Below, one piece after another: positions 62,256 through 64,000 of a DNA stretch of 64,000 nt. The translations under genes and the position numbers were made by a program. Under the pieces are notes generated by a model, which searched no databases, was not told where the DNA came from, and worked only from the letters and a program-made list of their open reading frames with translations. The stretch's first letter is position 1, and every line of letters starts with the position of its first letter. The stretch comes from a virus: positions 7,976 to 71,975 of IMG/VR virus record IMGVR_UViG_3300045988_054550. One strand, written 5' to 3'.

Positions 62256-62690
62256 TTATTAAACTATGCGTCAAGTATTTTATTAAACTATTCTACTAAT
62301 TTTTCATTCTTTCCAATTCTTTCTGTATGCACTCCAGAACGAATGCAGACATCTTGACGCCTTTTAGATCGGCTGCTCTTTTTACGTCTTCCTTGGTTCC
62401 TTTTGGCGCCATTACTGTTATACGGTCGTACTTGTCTTTTTGATATTGTGCAATATATGAAAGTTCCTTTTCTTTCTCTTTAAATGCCATTTTTTAACCC
62501 TCCTGTTATTGTTTGCTTTGATTATATCATTTATTAAACTATGCGTCAATCGGCTATGGGTTTTTATTTCGATATTTTTTATTTCCTATTATATGTGCAG
62601 AAAAAACACTATTTTAAAAATAATACATTTTATTAAACTATGCTATTGACATCATTATTAAACTATGCTATTATATAACCATCAACAGAG
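62249..62690. promoter_or_regulatory. five copies of the ttattaaactatgc operator-like motif, including a 27 bp perfect direct repeat flanking the RHH gene; TTGACA-17-TATTAT promoter
   Basis: tatatcatttattaaactatgcgtcaa occurs at ~62250 and ~62523. Further copies at ~62277, ~62621 and ~62647. TTGACA sits between the last two. Confidence 0.7.
62296..62490 (-). CDS. ribbon-helix-helix (Arc/CopG-like) protein
   Basis: 64 aa. DRITVMAPKGTKEDVKRAADLKGVKMSAFVLECI. Confidence 0.55.
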   Translation of the reverse strand: MAFKEKEKELSYIAQYQKDKYDRITVMAPKGTKEDVKRAADLKGVKMSAFVLECIQKELERMKN

Positions 62691-62733
62691 AACAAACAGC
62701 CAGACGCAGAGCTGGAGGAACGGAGAGAAAAAC

Positions 62734-62952
62734 ATGATTAAATTTTTAGATTTATTCAACACAATGCACTGCGATTTCTTTGAAATCCAGAAAGGCAGAA
62801 AAAGCGAATTTGTAGAATGGGAAATGAGTGGGAAAATGCTTCAGACCTGCAAAAAGTATTTTGATGATCGCGTGATTGATTTCTATATCACAAGATCAAA
62901 TAAGAATAACGAGTTAGGGCTTGTTATTAGATTGGAGGAAATAAAAGAGTGA
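62734..62952 (+). CDS. hypothetical protein (72 aa)
   Basis: GGAGGAACGGAGAG RBS and ATG at 62734. Confidence 0.5.
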   Translation: MIKFLDLFNTMHCDFFEIQKGRKSEFVEWEMSGKMLQTCKKYFDDRVIDFYITRSNKNNELGLVIRLEEIKE

Positions 62953-63107
62953 GATACAACAGATATCTGGGGCTGATTGAAAAAGCCCACACAAAAAGAA
63001 AATTAGAGAAGCTATTAGACCTGACCGGGAACGACTTCGCCGGGATTAACGGCAGGCAATATGAAGCCCTCCGGTTTCTGATTATCTCGAAAATGTATGC
63101 TGCATAG
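62949..63107 (+). CDS. small hypothetical protein (52 aa, GTG start)
   Basis: GTGA overlap with the upstream stop. Confidence 0.3.
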   Translation: MRYNRYLGLIEKAHTKRKLEKLLDLTGNDFAGINGRQYEALRFLIISKMYAA

Positions 63108-63112
63108 AAAAA

Positions 63113-63133
63113 GCCCCAGTAAAACGCTGGGGC
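63113..63133. terminator. bidirectional terminator hairpin
   Basis: GCCCCAG-taaaacg-CTGGGGC between convergent genes. Confidence 0.6.
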
Positions 63134-63209
63134 TCCTGCGGATATTAAATATTTGCTGATATTTTAATAAACGTCCGTAAAACAATTATAACAAGCGAAG
63201 CCGAGGAAA

Positions 63210-63605
63210 TCAACCCCGGCTTCGCTTTTCTTCCGCCATCTCTAAAAGTTTATTGAACCCGTCAGGACCGTACAAGTCAAAAATATCTATTTGATACTTT
63301 GTGCCGCCGGTCAACAATGCGTCTAAATCGACTTTTTCGATATTTTCCGATGTAATCGGTAAATAGTCCCGACTTGCAGGTTTGGACAGTTCTGCGGGCA
63401 TTTCTGGGGCTTGTGTGGAGGTCTGCCGTTCTTCCGCCTTGTTAATTACATCTAATACACAATTAACAATAAATCCGTTTAAGCTGTCGCCTGCGGCGGC
63501 TCTTATGCGTTCCTCGTCTTCTTTTTTAAATCGCACTAAGGTTTTGAAATAATTATTTTTCTCATATTTTGCAGTTGCTTTCATGTGTGCTTTTGTCGTA
63601 GCCAT
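63210..63605 (-). CDS. RHH-like DNA-binding protein
   Basis: Start at MATTKAH after GGGAGGG. FKTLVRFKKEDEERIRAAAGDSLNGFIVNCVLD. Confidence 0.45.
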   Translation of the reverse strand: MATTKAHMKATAKYEKNNYFKTLVRFKKEDEERIRAAAGDSLNGFIVNCVLDVINKAEERQTSTQAPEMPAELSKPASRDYLPITSENIEKVDLDALLTGGTKYQIDIFDLYGPDGFNKLLEMAEEKRSRG

Positions 63606-63630
63606 TTTATACCCTCCCATCATTCTATAT

Positions 63631-63830
63631 TAACACGTTATCATAATATCGTTATCGTGTCAACATCCATTTATTTCAGAGCATTTCGGAATAACACGTT
63701 ATCGTAATATCGTTATCGTGTTATATATTGCACAAATTTGTATTTTCAAAAAGTCTTGATTTTATGCACTATTCCGTCTTGCAAATGTATCGCTAACGTG
63801 TTATTATAATCACATAAAGAACGAGGGAGG
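63631..63830. promoter_or_regulatory. two 30 bp direct repeats plus a partial third copy overlapping a TTGCAA-17-TATTAT promoter
   Basis: taacacgttatcRtaatatcgttatcgtgt at 63631-63660 and 63692-63721 (1 mismatch). aacgtgttattataat at ~63795. Confidence 0.7.
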
Positions 63831-63837
63831 AAACAAA

Positions 63838-64000
63838 ATGGCAAAAGTGATCAATTTCCCGGTTCAACAGTCAACCGGATTCAAAAATTTAAAAGACTTC
63901 TTTGAGGTTGTTACCTCATTCGAGACCTGCGACTTTTATTTGGCAGTCGCAGAAGAAATGAGAGTATCCGGGAAGATCACAGAAAACGAATTCTTGACAC
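63838..64000 (+). CDS. hypothetical protein (5' part; runs off window)
   Basis: GAGGGAGG RBS and ATG at 63838. MAKVINFPVQQSTGFKNLKDFFEV... Confidence 0.5.
   Translation, partial: MAKVINFPVQQSTGFKNLKDFFEVVTSFETCDFYLAVAEEMRVSGKITENEFLT

Overview
This window is most of a siphovirus-type phage or prophage genome, about 38% GC. AGGAGG-type ribosome-binding sites (RBS) and XhlA, XkdX and LytTR content point to a Firmicutes/Clostridia host (inference). Nearly all genes are on the minus strand, so transcription runs from high to low coordinates.

**Layout, in transcription order**
- ~64000-60536: accessory and regulatory genes, including ribbon-helix-helix (RHH) repressors with operator arrays and a GIY-YIG nuclease.
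- 60535-59840: small terminase (TerS).
- 59839-50539: a 9.3 kb accessory island. It carries a degenerate resolvase domain, a tandem DUF2829/Tad2-like protein, a 1.8 kb tRNA and tRNA-like RNA island, BRO antirepressor, zinc-finger proteins, a broken ligase and a LemA pair.
- 50472-43413: large terminase (TerL), ArpU-like regulator, portal, MuF-like minor head protein, scaffold, capsid and connector.
- 43299-35961: a 7.3 kb inserted module. It holds XhlA-like, a sigma-region-4-like helix-turn-helix (HTH) protein, four low-complexity proteins, a metallopeptidase, two paralogous fibre genes and XkdX.
- 35774-23067: head-tail joining genes, holin-like gene, major tail, chaperones, 1577 aa tape measure, distal tail and a 1230 aa LRR/Ig tail protein.
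- 23066-22560: a repeat-dense non-coding block.
- 22527-21097: CHAP/SH3 endolysin.
- 17478-20980 (plus strand): XRE repressor plus cargo, including an orphan LytTR response regulator.
- 17331-1: early operon with ORF6N antirepressor, SSB-like protein, SbcC-like ATPase, RecT, MBL nuclease, a second GIY-YIG/RHH pair and a C5 methyltransferase.

No integrase, replication initiator, CRISPR array or reverse transcriptase is visible.

**Most notable**
- The tRNA island mixes three canonical tRNAs with several oversized or aberrant tRNA mimics and highly structured spacers.
- In-frame TGA codons sit exactly at conserved Gly positions of the methyltransferase and the ligase.
- A tandem Tad2-like protein is present.
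- A 90 bp intergenic element is conserved in two copies.
- The morphogenesis operon is interrupted by the low-complexity module.

All family calls rest on motif recognition by eye. No searches were run.
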